A stretch of DNA of 64,000 nucleotides from Eubacteriales bacterium (GCA_045636445.1 JAZTXO010000152.1:40370-104369), one strand, 5' to 3'; shown: positions 54,236-63,809, numbered from the stretch's first letter. The notes: generated by a model not told the origin, from the sequence alone. Made by a program: numbers and translations.

Positions 54236-55189
54236 ATGGCAAACTTATTAAAGCATTACGCAAGCTTACATTCACATTCCACACATTCTGACGGAGTTTA
54301 TACTCCCAAGGAGCTTGTAAAAGTCGCAAAAGACGAGGGATACGGAGCAATAGCTCTTACCGACCACGACACCGTAACCGGCAACGCCGAGGTAAAGGCA
54401 GAGTGCGAAAAGGCGGGAATTGAGAGCATCTTCGGCGTTGAGTTTTCTACTCAAACTCCCGTGCTTGACCGAGAGTTCCACATGACGGCTTATCACTTTG
54501 ACCCGGAGTATCCCGAAATGAAGGAATATCTGTGGCAAATGAGCGAGAGAGAAACCGACCAGACTCGCAAACTTTTTGAACGCGGTGTTTCTATCGGCTA
54601 CATTAAGGGCATAACCTGGGATGAGGTTGTGGAATACAACAAGGGAATCAGCTGGTTCTGTAACGACCACGTTTTCAGAGCTATGAAGGCAAAAGGACTT
54701 GTTTGCGACCTTGACTATCCCGAATTTTTCAACACCTGCTTTGGTGAGCACCGTCATACAATTCCTCCGAAATACAAATTTTTAGATGCGGAAAAGCTTA
54801 TTCCCCTTGTTCATAAGGCGGGCGGAATAATCCTTATTGCCCATCCTCACACCCAGCTTGATTGCATGGAATATCTTGTGGGACTTGGCATTGACGGCAC
54901 GGAAATCTGGAGCTCTAACCTTGACGGAGCAGAACGCAGAGAAGCTCTTAAGCTGGCAGATAAATTTGACCTCTACGTTGGCGGCGGCTCTGACCACGAG
55001 GGCATTCTCGGCGGCGAGTACATTCATTACGAGCATCCCGAAGAAACTCCTATTTGGTTCCCACCCTGCGCTCTCGGAACAACAAAGTATTTCTTTGAAG
55101 AAATCCGAGATATGAAGAAAAAGGCAGACCGTCACGAGGTTATGCAAAAAATGATTGATGACTCCACTATTTGGGAAAGGATACGATAA
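54236..55189 (+). CDS. PHP-domain metal-dependent phosphoesterase
   Basis: N-terminal LHSHSTHSDG and LTDHD motifs of the PHP (polymerase/histidinol phosphatase) family. ATG at 54236. Confidence 0.75.
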   Translation: MANLLKHYASLHSHSTHSDGVYTPKELVKVAKDEGYGAIALTDHDTVTGNAEVKAECEKAGIESIFGVEFSTQTPVLDREFHMTAYHFDPEYPEMKEYLWQMSERETDQTRKLFERGVSIGYIKGITWDEVVEYNKGISWFCNDHVFRAMKAKGLVCDLDYPEFFNTCFGEHRHTIPPKYKFLDAEKLIPLVHKAGGIILIAHPHTQLDCMEYLVGLGIDGTEIWSSNLDGAERREALKLADKFDLYVGGGSDHEGILGGEYIHYEHPEETPIWFPPCALGTTKYFFEEIRDMKKKADRHEVMQKMIDDSTIWERIR

Positions 55190-55190
55190 A

Positions 55191-55745
55191 ATGAACGAAT
55201 TTGATTCACCTAATTACGCTGAATTTTCATACGAAGTAAAAAGCGAGGGAAAAGTTAAAACGCTTCGCACTCTTGCGGTTATCGGATACGTGGCGTTTGT
55301 TGCTGCATTTTTCCTGGTTTGCTACTTATCCAGAGTTATTCCCCTATTTGCTTTAGCGCCTATCTTTACCTGGATTCTCATATTCTTCACCTGGAGTCTT
55401 GTAAAATTCGACTACTATTTTGAATTCAAGACCGGAATGTTAGAGCTTGGAAAAATTACCGGCGGTAAAAAGGGCAGAAAAAAACAGCCGAAGCTTACTG
55501 TTCACGTAAAAGAAGCCGAATTTATCGCTCCCTTTGAAGGCGAATACACCGAAAAAGTGAAGGAAGCAACAGAAATTTACGACCTCTCCTCTTCACAAAG
55601 CTCGGACAAGAGAATTATTCTTCTCTACACCGACAAAGGCGTAAAACGCGCCGTAATCTTCGAGGGTACGGCAAGAATTGCCAATCTTCTCGCATCATTC
55701 TGCCAAAATTCGGTTGACCTTAAAGGAAAACAATTCCACGGATAA
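55191..55745 (+). CDS. Membrane protein of unknown function (2 TM hairpin plus soluble C-terminal domain)
   Basis: 184 aa from the ATG at 55191, which starts 1 nt after the PHP gene's stop codon (TAA 55187-55189) (translational coupling). Two adjacent TM helices (aa ~25-70) and a basic patch GGKKGRKKQPK. Confidence 0.5.
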   Translation: MNEFDSPNYAEFSYEVKSEGKVKTLRTLAVIGYVAFVAAFFLVCYLSRVIPLFALAPIFTWILIFFTWSLVKFDYYFEFKTGMLELGKITGGKKGRKKQPKLTVHVKEAEFIAPFEGEYTEKVKEATEIYDLSSSQSSDKRIILLYTDKGVKRAVIFEGTARIANLLASFCQNSVDLKGKQFHG

Positions 55746-55746
55746 A

Positions 55747-55806
55747 TAAAAAGAACGGATTTAGCTCTCCGAAAAGGAGAATTTCGCTATTTCCGTTCTT
55801 TTTTAT
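55747..55806. terminator. Bidirectional terminator between convergent genes
   Basis: AAGAACGGA / TCCGTTCTT outer stem with an inner CTCC/GGAG hairpin, flanked by an A-run and T6. Confidence 0.75.
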
Positions 55807-55809
55807 ATG

Positions 55810-57144
55810 TTAAATTCCCGCTTTTTTGCGGTTTTCTTCAAGAATTGCGATATACTTTTCGTATTCTGCTCTTCCGAAGATTGGAGGACGGTCTTTAAGT
55901 CCAAGCACGTCCATAGAGAAGTTTATGAGCTGTGGGCCGGAAATTATAGTTGCGTTTACGTCGCTTTCAGGCATATTGGGAAGCGTTACCGGCATACTCT
56001 GGGAAAGCTCGGAGGAACGGTTTTTAAGATAAGAGAATCCTCCGTCGGGCTTTCTGAACGCCTTAATTTTATTTATTGTCTTGCGAACAACCTGAACCGC
56101 ATCCTTGTAAAGAATACTTCTTATCTCGCCAACCTTTTTTTCGGCTTCCTCTTTTGAATGAGTAGCATAAATGTTGCTCATAAGGGAAGAAAGAGTGTAC
56201 CAGGAGTTGTAAACGTCGCAAACTATTCCAACAGGATCGTCGGAATAAATTCCGTCAAGAGCAACCTGAATACTTTTGTTAAGATTGGGAATCGGTCTTT
56301 TTGCCATATTATAGAGGAATGAGATTTTGAAAAGACCGTTTTGTCCGTGGTAAGGAATAAATTCCTCAGTACCCGGCTGTCTGAAATCCCAGTGTCCGTA
56401 CTCGGTGTTCTGGTGGGAGTCGAGGAAGTCAAAGAGCACCTCGAAAATTTCTCCGTTAAGCTCTTCGTTTCTCATTTTTATCTGATTTGCCTGAGCCGCA
56501 AGAGCGTTTCCGTGGCCGTAAGAGTGCTTTGCAAAGTCCATAGCCTCAAGATATTCACGGAATACCTTTCCGTCTTGAAGATGCGGAGCGTAAGTCGCTT
56601 TCGGAGCGTCAGCCTTTTTCTCTGCGTCGGGATTTTGAGCTGTCTCCATAGGTCGCTCGCCCTTTACTCCGTCGGGACAGTCATAGGTGGGAAGTACGCC
56701 ATAATTACGGAGAATACTGTTTGCCCACATTAAATCCCTGCCTCTTCTGTGAGGCTTTTTGTCGGTGTCCTCCACCGTCCACTGGGGATGATAGAAATAT
56801 CCGTTGGGGCGCTGCATATCCTTTGTAAACTTTACTATCTTCTCACCCATCCAATCGGGAAGCGCCTTTGCATATTGTCTGCCAAAATCGTCGGCAAGTC
56901 CTAGGTCGCGGAACATTTCCAGCGCCTGATGGGTACTTTCAAGGTCGGGAAGAAATCCCTCGTTATCCCTTGCTCCGTTAGAATAATAGTATCCGCCAAT
57001 CTTGGGGTCGAAAAGGTTTGCTACCCAATCAATAAGCGAATCGTCAAATACAGCATAAAATTCCTTATATGCTTCAGCGAGTTTTTGTCCGTCCTCGCCG
57101 CCAATCTGGTCGGCAAATTTTTGCCACTGTTCTTCTCTGGTCAT
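55810..57144 (-). CDS. Cytosolic alpha/alpha-toroid protein (prenyltransferase / terpene-cyclase-like repeats), unknown function
   Basis: 444 aa, no signal peptide. Repeats of the type GGYYYS....GFLPDLESTHQAL and DGGFSY.... Collinear paralogue of aa ~215-690 of the adjacent 1529-aa lipoprotein. RBS GGAGGG. Confidence 0.5.
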   Translation of the reverse strand: MTREEQWQKFADQIGGEDGQKLAEAYKEFYAVFDDSLIDWVANLFDPKIGGYYYSNGARDNEGFLPDLESTHQALEMFRDLGLADDFGRQYAKALPDWMGEKIVKFTKDMQRPNGYFYHPQWTVEDTDKKPHRRGRDLMWANSILRNYGVLPTYDCPDGVKGERPMETAQNPDAEKKADAPKATYAPHLQDGKVFREYLEAMDFAKHSYGHGNALAAQANQIKMRNEELNGEIFEVLFDFLDSHQNTEYGHWDFRQPGTEEFIPYHGQNGLFKISFLYNMAKRPIPNLNKSIQVALDGIYSDDPVGIVCDVYNSWYTLSSLMSNIYATHSKEEAEKKVGEIRSILYKDAVQVVRKTINKIKAFRKPDGGFSYLKNRSSELSQSMPVTLPNMPESDVNATIISGPQLINFSMDVLGLKDRPPIFGRAEYEKYIAILEENRKKAGI

Positions 57145-57204
57145 TTTTTAGCCCTCCATAGGCTGTTTTTTGCAAAAATGTAAATAATAGTTTGTTTTTG
57201 TTAT

Positions 57205-57228
57205 GCTACGCTCCATAAGGAGCGTAGC
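57205..57228 (+). terminator. Hairpin whose U-tract lies on the + strand, between two minus-strand genes
   Basis: GCTACGCTCC-ATAA-GGAGCGTAGC followed on the + strand by AATTTTTTAT. On the coding (minus) strand it is followed by AUAACAAAAAC. Confidence 0.35.
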
Positions 57229-57237
57229 AATTTTTTA

Positions 57238-60200
57238 TCAGTCTGCTTTTTTGAGAACTGTGTTATCAAGATACATAGTTCCCGTACCGCCGGTAGTGGG
57301 CTGAACCAAAACTTGATAGATCGAGCCGATATCCTTGGTGTTAACAGTGTGAGCGGTGAACGCCTCAACATCGTTTATATAAAGAGTAAACTTCGCTCCG
57401 GTGTCGGGATCGGTGGACTTGTCACCCGCCTTTGCCACAACACGAACGTTGAACCATCCGTCCTCGGGCACAGCTCCGCAATCCACCTTGGTTGTGCCGG
57501 TAAGACCGCCCCAAAGGTGTCCGCCGCTTACGTTAAGGTCCATAAGGAACAGGTGAGTTCCGCCGGACTGGTTAGCGAAGTAGAAGGTAACTGTGCTTTG
57601 CCAACCGCCGCTACCAAGTGAGCCCGTAAGCTTCATATCCGTTTCAAATTCGAAACTAGAGTAGGTTTTACCGTCACCGAAGTAGACGTTCACACCGTTT
57701 GAATAACTATTCACAGTCTTGTTAAGTACGAATACCTTGGTGAGTTTGCCATCACGCTCTACGTATTCAATAGTGCTGTTCTGAATGGTGTTATTGCCTG
57801 CCGCAACTCTGTTCGGATAGTTACCGATACTGCTGTACTCGTAGGTAATAACCTCGTCGGTATCATCCTTTGTGCTTCCCTCAACGCTGGGAGCAGTATA
57901 AGTAATTGTAAGTCCGTCAAGGTACATATCGTCAACCGAGATATTCTGGGCGCTAACGGTTGCGGCTGCAACCTCGCCGTACTCCGCAGAGTTGAATACG
58001 TTGGTAACAAGAATTATTTCGTCGTTGAGATAAGCCTCAAGAGCTTTTTCGTTTCCGTACAAATTAAAGACGAGATTTCCGCTGCCTCTGAATTTGCAAG
58101 AGCCTATATAATCACCAACGGCTGCATCGTTCATCATCTCGTAGAAGAAGGCCGTTTCGTCCTTAATAGTGATTACAAGTCCGATTATAGTTTTTCCTTC
58201 AGCGTCAATATATTTGACGCAAATCGTATCCTCCGGAGTTGTGTTTCTAAGCTCAATATAGAGAGAAAGCTGATGAGCCGAAACGTAAGCTGCGCGGTTA
58301 TTTACGGGAATTGTAACGTATTTATTTCCTGAAAGGCTAAGCTTACCGTTAGCGAGTATTCCGTTTGTCTTGATGCCTTCAATTTCCGAAAGGCTTTCCT
58401 CGCTGAAATCGTAAAGATTTCTGTCGATCTTAGGCTTTACTTCGTCGGCAAAGCTTGTCACTCTTCTCTCGCAGTAGATGTTGTCAATAGTTCCCTCCAT
58501 CTTTCCGGAGTAGGTTATCATAGCGCTTCCCATTTCGTAAAGGAAGCATTTTGCCGCAACACCCTGCTCGGTTGATGCAATCATCTCACCGTCAAGGTAA
58601 ATAAGCGTTGTCGCCTGATCAACGAAGAAGGCGAATTCAATATGATGTAAGCTTCCGTCAACGGGAATAGCCGCAGAGCTTATGATGGTAGTTCCCTTGT
58701 AAATCGGAGCAAGAACAAGTCCCGCGTCGGTCTTAACCGCTCTCATAGTATACGAAACGATCGTTGATCCCTTATCCGGATCCTTTAAGGCAATAGTAAA
58801 TACGTTGCCCTCCGTTACCGAGTCGACCTTAATGTCAAAGCCTAGCGCAAACACGTTGGAGTGAGTTTTTCTGTTAAGCGCAGGTACTGTAACCTTCGAT
58901 TCGTCGCCAACGCTATTAAAGTTCAATACGCCGTCAGCGAAGTCAAGCTTTGCAGTAGAGCCGCTAACCGTAAAGTTCTCAGGAGCGCCTTCCTCAAGAT
59001 CGTAGATTTCACGCTCTGCGTCAGCATCCTCGTTGATAATAAGTCCCTTTGTATTCTTTTCGTTCTTGTATTCTATCGTCTTGTATCCAAGATATACGTC
59101 GTCGAAATACATATTACAAGCCATATAGCTCATGGGGAAGAAGAGCGCCTGCTTTGCCTCGTCTGTGGGAGTGCCTGTGCCCTCGGTAAACTTGCCCATT
59201 GTATTGTCCATATAGTTTGAACTAACTGCAACTAGCTCATCGTTGGTATAAATCTTAATTCTTACGGTGTCGTGAGGAGTAAGACCGTTTTCAACGTCCT
59301 CGTAGCCGAAGTAGTATTCAACTCGGAGCTTAAACCACTCGTCAAGCCTGAATTTGCCGAGAAGTCTGTCAAAGGAGTTCTGGAAGGTGTCGGAAGAAGC
59401 TTCCCAAACCTCAACGTAATCACCGGCTATGGTGAAGTTTATAAAGTAAGGCGAATCCTTACCCATATATCCGATATACATCTGAATAAGGTAGCCCTGG
59501 CTCGTGCCTTCCTTTGCAAACATAAGCTTTGCATCGTACACAAGACAGTTGTTGTTTGCCTTAACGGTGTTGTTAGGAATTGTAACAGCATCCCAGGTGC
59601 CGGACTTTTCAAGAGACTGGAAGTGAAGCACCTTGTTAGAGGGATTGTGAGGATCGGCAACGACAACAGCCGAGCCGCCGCTTGCCGTAGCAACCGCAAC
59701 ACCCTTAGGCTCAACGTCAATATCGTCCTCTTCAAAGTTGAAGATAACGTCGGGCGGCAGAGCATCCTTTACGGAGAAGGTGTTTTCGTTGATTATATCC
59801 ACAAACATTGCAAGCTCTCTCAGTCCGAAAATTGACGGAAGGCTTACGTTAAGAGCCATGCTCATATGGTCAAGCATACCGCCGGAGCAGATAAGAGAAG
59901 CGTTAATGTCACCCTCGTTCTTTCTGAGAGCCACTACCATTCCCTGAGAGGTCTCGGAGCAATGATCGGGGAAATAGGAGAATGAGCCGTCGATCTTTTT
60001 GAATCTCGCGGTATTTTCTGCGGTTTTTCTTACCGCCATGGGAGCTATTTCTATTACTTTTTCAAGAATTTCATCTGCAATCGCGCCCCTGTTGGGATCG
60101 GGGTGATATGCTCTGATATTGCCGATAAGTCCCTTAATATCGTACCAGGTGTTATAGTCACCGCAAACGTGTCCGGGAAGCTCATCGGAGGAAAGAACGG

Positions 60201-61827
60201 CAAGCGCACTCTGCGCCGCCTGCTCTGCGTAGGGGAAAGCCACTTTAAACGCAGAATAAACCATTATAGCCTTGAAAACGGTGTTAAGTCCGTCGTAGTC
60301 TACCTCCGGACGCCAAAGACCGTTGTCCGAGCGGTGCTTCTGCTCAAACCACTCGAAGAGTACCGGCTTCAATGCTCCGTTAAGTCTCTTGTTCGCGGTG
60401 GTAAGCTGGTCAACCTGGGCTGCAAGCTCGTTTGCCGCAGTGTAGCCCTGACCGTAAACGTCCATTTTGAACTTGGAAAGATAGTTTTCAAAAGCTTCAA
60501 CAGACAAAAGGTGATCGGGAAGCGCCGATGCCGTCTGAACAAGCGCAGAAACGCTCTCTGCTGAAGAGCCGCTCATTTTTCCGGTAAGAAGCGAGCTTGC
60601 AGGCTTCGGTCTGCCGCCCGATCCCACCATACTTCCGGTGGGAGTGGTGTAATAGGGGTTAGCCGAGAGCTTACTCAAGATAGAAGTAGACCACATAAGG
60701 TCTCTCGATACTCTCGCCCAGTTCTCGCGGCTCTGCTCTATTGTCCACTGGGGATGATAGAAATAGCCGTCCTCGTGCTGAAGTCCCTTTGTAAAAGCTA
60801 TAATATCGCTTCTGAGCTGACCTTTAAGGAATGCTCCGAAGTTGCCGCCTGCTCTTTTTAACATTCCCGTCATTTCAAGGAATGTAAGAGCCTGATAGGT
60901 GGACTCTACGTCGGGAAGGAATCCTACCGTGTTTCTTGCGGAATTGGAATAGTAGAATCCGCCGTTTTTGCAAAGGTCGTTGCCGTTTTTGTCAACAGGG
61001 TGTAAGCAAACCTGAATGCCGTTCACGTAATTGTCGCAAACGCATTCTCTCGGCTCGTAAAGGTTAGCAAGCCAGGATACGATGCCGTCGCTGTAAAGCA
61101 TCTTATAGAAATCCTTGAATGCGTCGGTAAGCTCTTTTCCTACCTGCTTCTCGAGAGCTGCCCACTCGTCGTCGCGGTAAGCCTGATCCTCTTCGGCATA
61201 TATTTCGTACATATCGTAAAGCTTTGAGGAAACAACGCCCCTAGGCTTTACAAGGCTTTTATAACCCGCCCAATCGGCAAGAGTTGCGGCAATCTCGGTA
61301 AGATGCTGCGAGCCGATTTCCTCGGTGTAAGCAAGAGCAAGAGACGATCCGTCGGAATAAAGAACGTAACCGCCGATTGCGGGATCTTTATCCTCTAAAA
61401 GAGTTTCGAGCTGGGAATAAGCCATGTGGGAAATCACGCGGTTAGATTCACCGATGATTACTTCATGCTCTGCAGGATCTTCTTCGTCCGAATAAAGAAC
61501 CTTTACTCGCTCTCCAAGATTGTCCTTCATCGCCCAAACGAAATTAACGTAGACGGAAGAATCGAGACTTGCATCGGCAAGGATTATGTTAAGGCTGCTT
61601 TCGGAATTGAATATCATTCCCTCGGTATCGGAGGGAACGTCCTCTCCCTTTAGCTCGTTCGAGGGAGTGTCGGTATTGGAATTATCACCGGAATTGTTGT
61701 TTCCTGTGGAATTGTTGTTTGTTCCGCTGCCATTGCCCTTATTCCCGGTAGTGCAGGATGCGAAAATCGAAACCAGCATAGCCGAAAGAATGAGCAAGGC
61801 TGTTAACTTTTTATAAATCTTTGCCAT
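57238..61827 (-). CDS. Giant surface lipoprotein (1529 aa): alpha/alpha toroid plus multiple LamG/ConA-like jelly-roll domains
   Basis: Lipobox LLILSAMLVSIFA-SC followed by a low-complexity N/G/S/T tether. The toroid region is paralogous to the 444-aa protein. The C-terminal ~800 aa is beta-rich with repeated ...DGxxH.I/VxF... LamG-like modules. The last ~165 aa are shared with the 600-aa neighbour. Confidence 0.6.
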   Translation of the reverse strand: MAKIYKKLTALLILSAMLVSIFASCTTGNKGNGSGTNNNSTGNNNSGDNSNTDTPSNELKGEDVPSDTEGMIFNSESSLNIILADASLDSSVYVNFVWAMKDNLGERVKVLYSDEEDPAEHEVIIGESNRVISHMAYSQLETLLEDKDPAIGGYVLYSDGSSLALAYTEEIGSQHLTEIAATLADWAGYKSLVKPRGVVSSKLYDMYEIYAEEDQAYRDDEWAALEKQVGKELTDAFKDFYKMLYSDGIVSWLANLYEPRECVCDNYVNGIQVCLHPVDKNGNDLCKNGGFYYSNSARNTVGFLPDVESTYQALTFLEMTGMLKRAGGNFGAFLKGQLRSDIIAFTKGLQHEDGYFYHPQWTIEQSRENWARVSRDLMWSTSILSKLSANPYYTTPTGSMVGSGGRPKPASSLLTGKMSGSSAESVSALVQTASALPDHLLSVEAFENYLSKFKMDVYGQGYTAANELAAQVDQLTTANKRLNGALKPVLFEWFEQKHRSDNGLWRPEVDYDGLNTVFKAIMVYSAFKVAFPYAEQAAQSALAVLSSDELPGHVCGDYNTWYDIKGLIGNIRAYHPDPNRGAIADEILEKVIEIAPMAVRKTAENTARFKKIDGSFSYFPDHCSETSQGMVVALRKNEGDINASLICSGGMLDHMSMALNVSLPSIFGLRELAMFVDIINENTFSVKDALPPDVIFNFEEDDIDVEPKGVAVATASGGSAVVVADPHNPSNKVLHFQSLEKSGTWDAVTIPNNTVKANNNCLVYDAKLMFAKEGTSQGYLIQMYIGYMGKDSPYFINFTIAGDYVEVWEASSDTFQNSFDRLLGKFRLDEWFKLRVEYYFGYEDVENGLTPHDTVRIKIYTNDELVAVSSNYMDNTMGKFTEGTGTPTDEAKQALFFPMSYMACNMYFDDVYLGYKTIEYKNEKNTKGLIINEDADAEREIYDLEEGAPENFTVSGSTAKLDFADGVLNFNSVGDESKVTVPALNRKTHSNVFALGFDIKVDSVTEGNVFTIALKDPDKGSTIVSYTMRAVKTDAGLVLAPIYKGTTIISSAAIPVDGSLHHIEFAFFVDQATTLIYLDGEMIASTEQGVAAKCFLYEMGSAMITYSGKMEGTIDNIYCERRVTSFADEVKPKIDRNLYDFSEESLSEIEGIKTNGILANGKLSLSGNKYVTIPVNNRAAYVSAHQLSLYIELRNTTPEDTICVKYIDAEGKTIIGLVITIKDETAFFYEMMNDAAVGDYIGSCKFRGSGNLVFNLYGNEKALEAYLNDEIILVTNVFNSAEYGEVAAATVSAQNISVDDMYLDGLTITYTAPSVEGSTKDDTDEVITYEYSSIGNYPNRVAAGNNTIQNSTIEYVERDGKLTKVFVLNKTVNSYSNGVNVYFGDGKTYSSFEFETDMKLTGSLGSGGWQSTVTFYFANQSGGTHLFLMDLNVSGGHLWGGLTGTTKVDCGAVPEDGWFNVRVVAKAGDKSTDPDTGAKFTLYINDVEAFTAHTVNTKDIGSIYQVLVQPTTGGTGTMYLDNTVLKKAD

Positions 61828-61861
61828 AATACCTCCTTAGGTAAAAGGGATTTGCACGCTC

Positions 61862-61885
61862 GGGCGAATTTTCGCCCCGTTTTTC
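61862..61885 (+). terminator. GC-rich hairpin with a + strand U-tract in the leader region of the 1529-aa gene
   Basis: GGGCGAA-TT-TTCGCCC followed by CGTTTTTC on the + strand. Confidence 0.35.
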
Positions 61886-61911
61886 GGCTTAAATTAGCCT
61901 ATTGTCCACAA

Positions 61912-61955
61912 CTGCTAACACCCCGAAGGATGTTAGCAGTGTTTTTTGTGTTTTA
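61912..61955 (+). terminator. Canonical-looking intrinsic terminator oriented for the + strand
   Basis: CTGCTAACA / TGTTAGCAG 9-bp stem followed by TGTTTTTTGTGTTTTAT on the + strand. On the minus strand it is followed by UUGUGGACAA only. Confidence 0.45.
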
Positions 61956-61985
61956 TAGTAGTATTTAGATTAAATTATATTATAA

Positions 61986-63788
61986 TCAATCTTCTACTGT
62001 ATAGAACTTGTCGTTTCTGAAGGCAATGCTGGATTCACCTGCGTCATCGCTTGGCTCGAACTGAACGTTACCGAGCTTGTTGGTGCTGTTAAGCGCTCCT
62101 TGGTAAACGATCTGGTCGTTAATGTAAATGGTAAGAACGCCGGGAGTGGTAACACCGTCAGCGCTAAGGGCAGAAACTACGTCGATCTTAAGGGTGAACC
62201 AACCGTCGTCTGCGATAGGAGTATCGAGAGTTGTGGTTGTGGTCGTAATGCCGGTTCCCTTGATATAGAAGGAGTTCTTCTGGATCGTTATCTGGGGGTT
62301 AATAAGGTTAGAGCTGCCGGCAAGAGTCTGAAGATTTAAAAGGAAGTAGTTACGCCAGCCGGAGTTATAAAGTGCACCCGTAAGCTTCATTTCGGTTTCA
62401 AATACGGCGTGCTGAAGTCTAGTACCGTCGTAGGTAAAGTAAACCGAACCGTAATTGGTGTTTTCAGCCGCCTTGGAAACAACGACGTACTTACCGTTTT
62501 CGTCATACTCAAAGGTTGCGGTGGTGTTTGCACTGCTGTTACCAACGGTCATTATGCTGGAGGTTGCGCCAACCGAAACCGCATCAAAGGTAGCCACGCC
62601 TGCATTGGTCGTTGCGCTAACGCCGCTGAAGGAAGAGTTTTGAGTGGAGGTAAGGTCGCTCTTTGTCACGTACTCGCCGTTTACGTAGTAGAATACCACG
62701 CCCATAAGATTTTTGGTGGAAAGAACGGTGTATTCAACGCGAAGAGTTGCGCCGTTTGCCATCTCGAAGGAGGATACTCCGTCAGAAACGGTAACCTTGC
62801 CCGCACCCTCGGTGAGAGTAACGCTAAGAACGTCGGGGTTGAATTGAAGAGTCGCAGATGCACCCTCAGAGAGGATAACGTCGCCCTCAATGAAGAACTC
62901 CGAGCCGCCGTTAACGGTAACCGAATCGGGGTTGGGGATAGTTGCGGAATTTCCTGCGGGAATGGTTGCGGATACAACGTCGATGTCACCGTAAACCGCC
63001 TTAACGGTTGCGTAACCGATCTTATTAACGCTTACGGTAAGCTTGTTAAAGTCTGCATCTGCGATTATCTCGCCATTTTCATTTTCGAAATGATCGAAGA
63101 GCTTGCCGCCCGAGCTTTTGGGAGCTACAATCTGGTAGTCGGTAGGCTCTCTGAAGTTCTTAAGAGTAACGCTGCCGTCACCGTTCACGATTCTAAGACC
63201 GTAATATGCGTCGGAATAGCCGTATGCAGGCTCCTTGCCCTCGGTAATCTTCTCCGCGTTCTGTACCGAGCCGGAGAAATCAAGGGTTGCAAGGTAAAGA
63301 AGATACTGCTCGTCGGTGTAATTTCCGCTGCCGAGACGGGTCATAAGGTAATCGTAAACCGAGAAGCCAACTCTTGCGCCGCCGGCAACGATGTTACCCT
63401 GCGCGTCGGTGATAACGGGGAATGCGTAAACCTTTTTGTTAATTTCGGCAGGCTCAAAGCCGTCGGAATAAACTGCCTTATACGCCTTGCCGCCAACGGT
63501 AACGGTGCCAAAGGACGAGGAAACGAAATCAAAGTCCGCAGGGTTAAGAGTGCCTGTGGGAGCTGCGCAATTCTCGTCGTAGGAGAAGGCGATCTGCACC
63601 TTCTGTCCCGCTGCGAGAGAGGAATTATCAACTGTGTAAAGGATTCTCGTTGCGCCGTCGTAAGAAACGTTTGCAGCAACGATTTCAACCGTGGGTGCGT
63701 CTGCCGCAGATGCGGTAAGTCCTACCACTGCTCCGATAAGGAGAAGGCAGGATACTACAATAGCTAAAATCTTTTTAGTTTTCATCAT
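61986..63788 (-). CDS. Secreted 600-aa protein with a C-terminal LamG/ConA-like module
   Basis: Sec signal MMKTKKILAIVVSCLLLIGAVVGLTASA-AD, then beta-rich sequence. The C-terminal ...FETEMKLTGALYNSGW...DDGWFTLKIDV...LTIYINDQ... is paralogous to the C-terminus of the 1529-aa protein. Confidence 0.55.
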   Translation of the reverse strand: MMKTKKILAIVVSCLLLIGAVVGLTASAADAPTVEIVAANVSYDGATRILYTVDNSSLAAGQKVQIAFSYDENCAAPTGTLNPADFDFVSSSFGTVTVGGKAYKAVYSDGFEPAEINKKVYAFPVITDAQGNIVAGGARVGFSVYDYLMTRLGSGNYTDEQYLLYLATLDFSGSVQNAEKITEGKEPAYGYSDAYYGLRIVNGDGSVTLKNFREPTDYQIVAPKSSGGKLFDHFENENGEIIADADFNKLTVSVNKIGYATVKAVYGDIDVVSATIPAGNSATIPNPDSVTVNGGSEFFIEGDVILSEGASATLQFNPDVLSVTLTEGAGKVTVSDGVSSFEMANGATLRVEYTVLSTKNLMGVVFYYVNGEYVTKSDLTSTQNSSFSGVSATTNAGVATFDAVSVGATSSIMTVGNSSANTTATFEYDENGKYVVVSKAAENTNYGSVYFTYDGTRLQHAVFETEMKLTGALYNSGWRNYFLLNLQTLAGSSNLINPQITIQKNSFYIKGTGITTTTTTLDTPIADDGWFTLKIDVVSALSADGVTTPGVLTIYINDQIVYQGALNSTNKLGNVQFEPSDDAGESSIAFRNDKFYTVED

Positions 63789-63809
63789 TTTGCCCTTTCT
63801 TTATCGTTA

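Noticed and set aside
62409-63767. 452-aa + strand ORF opposite the 600-aa secreted protein gene.
   Set aside because: Same antisense-shadow explanation: a Cys/Gly/Val/Asn-rich translation with no start context.
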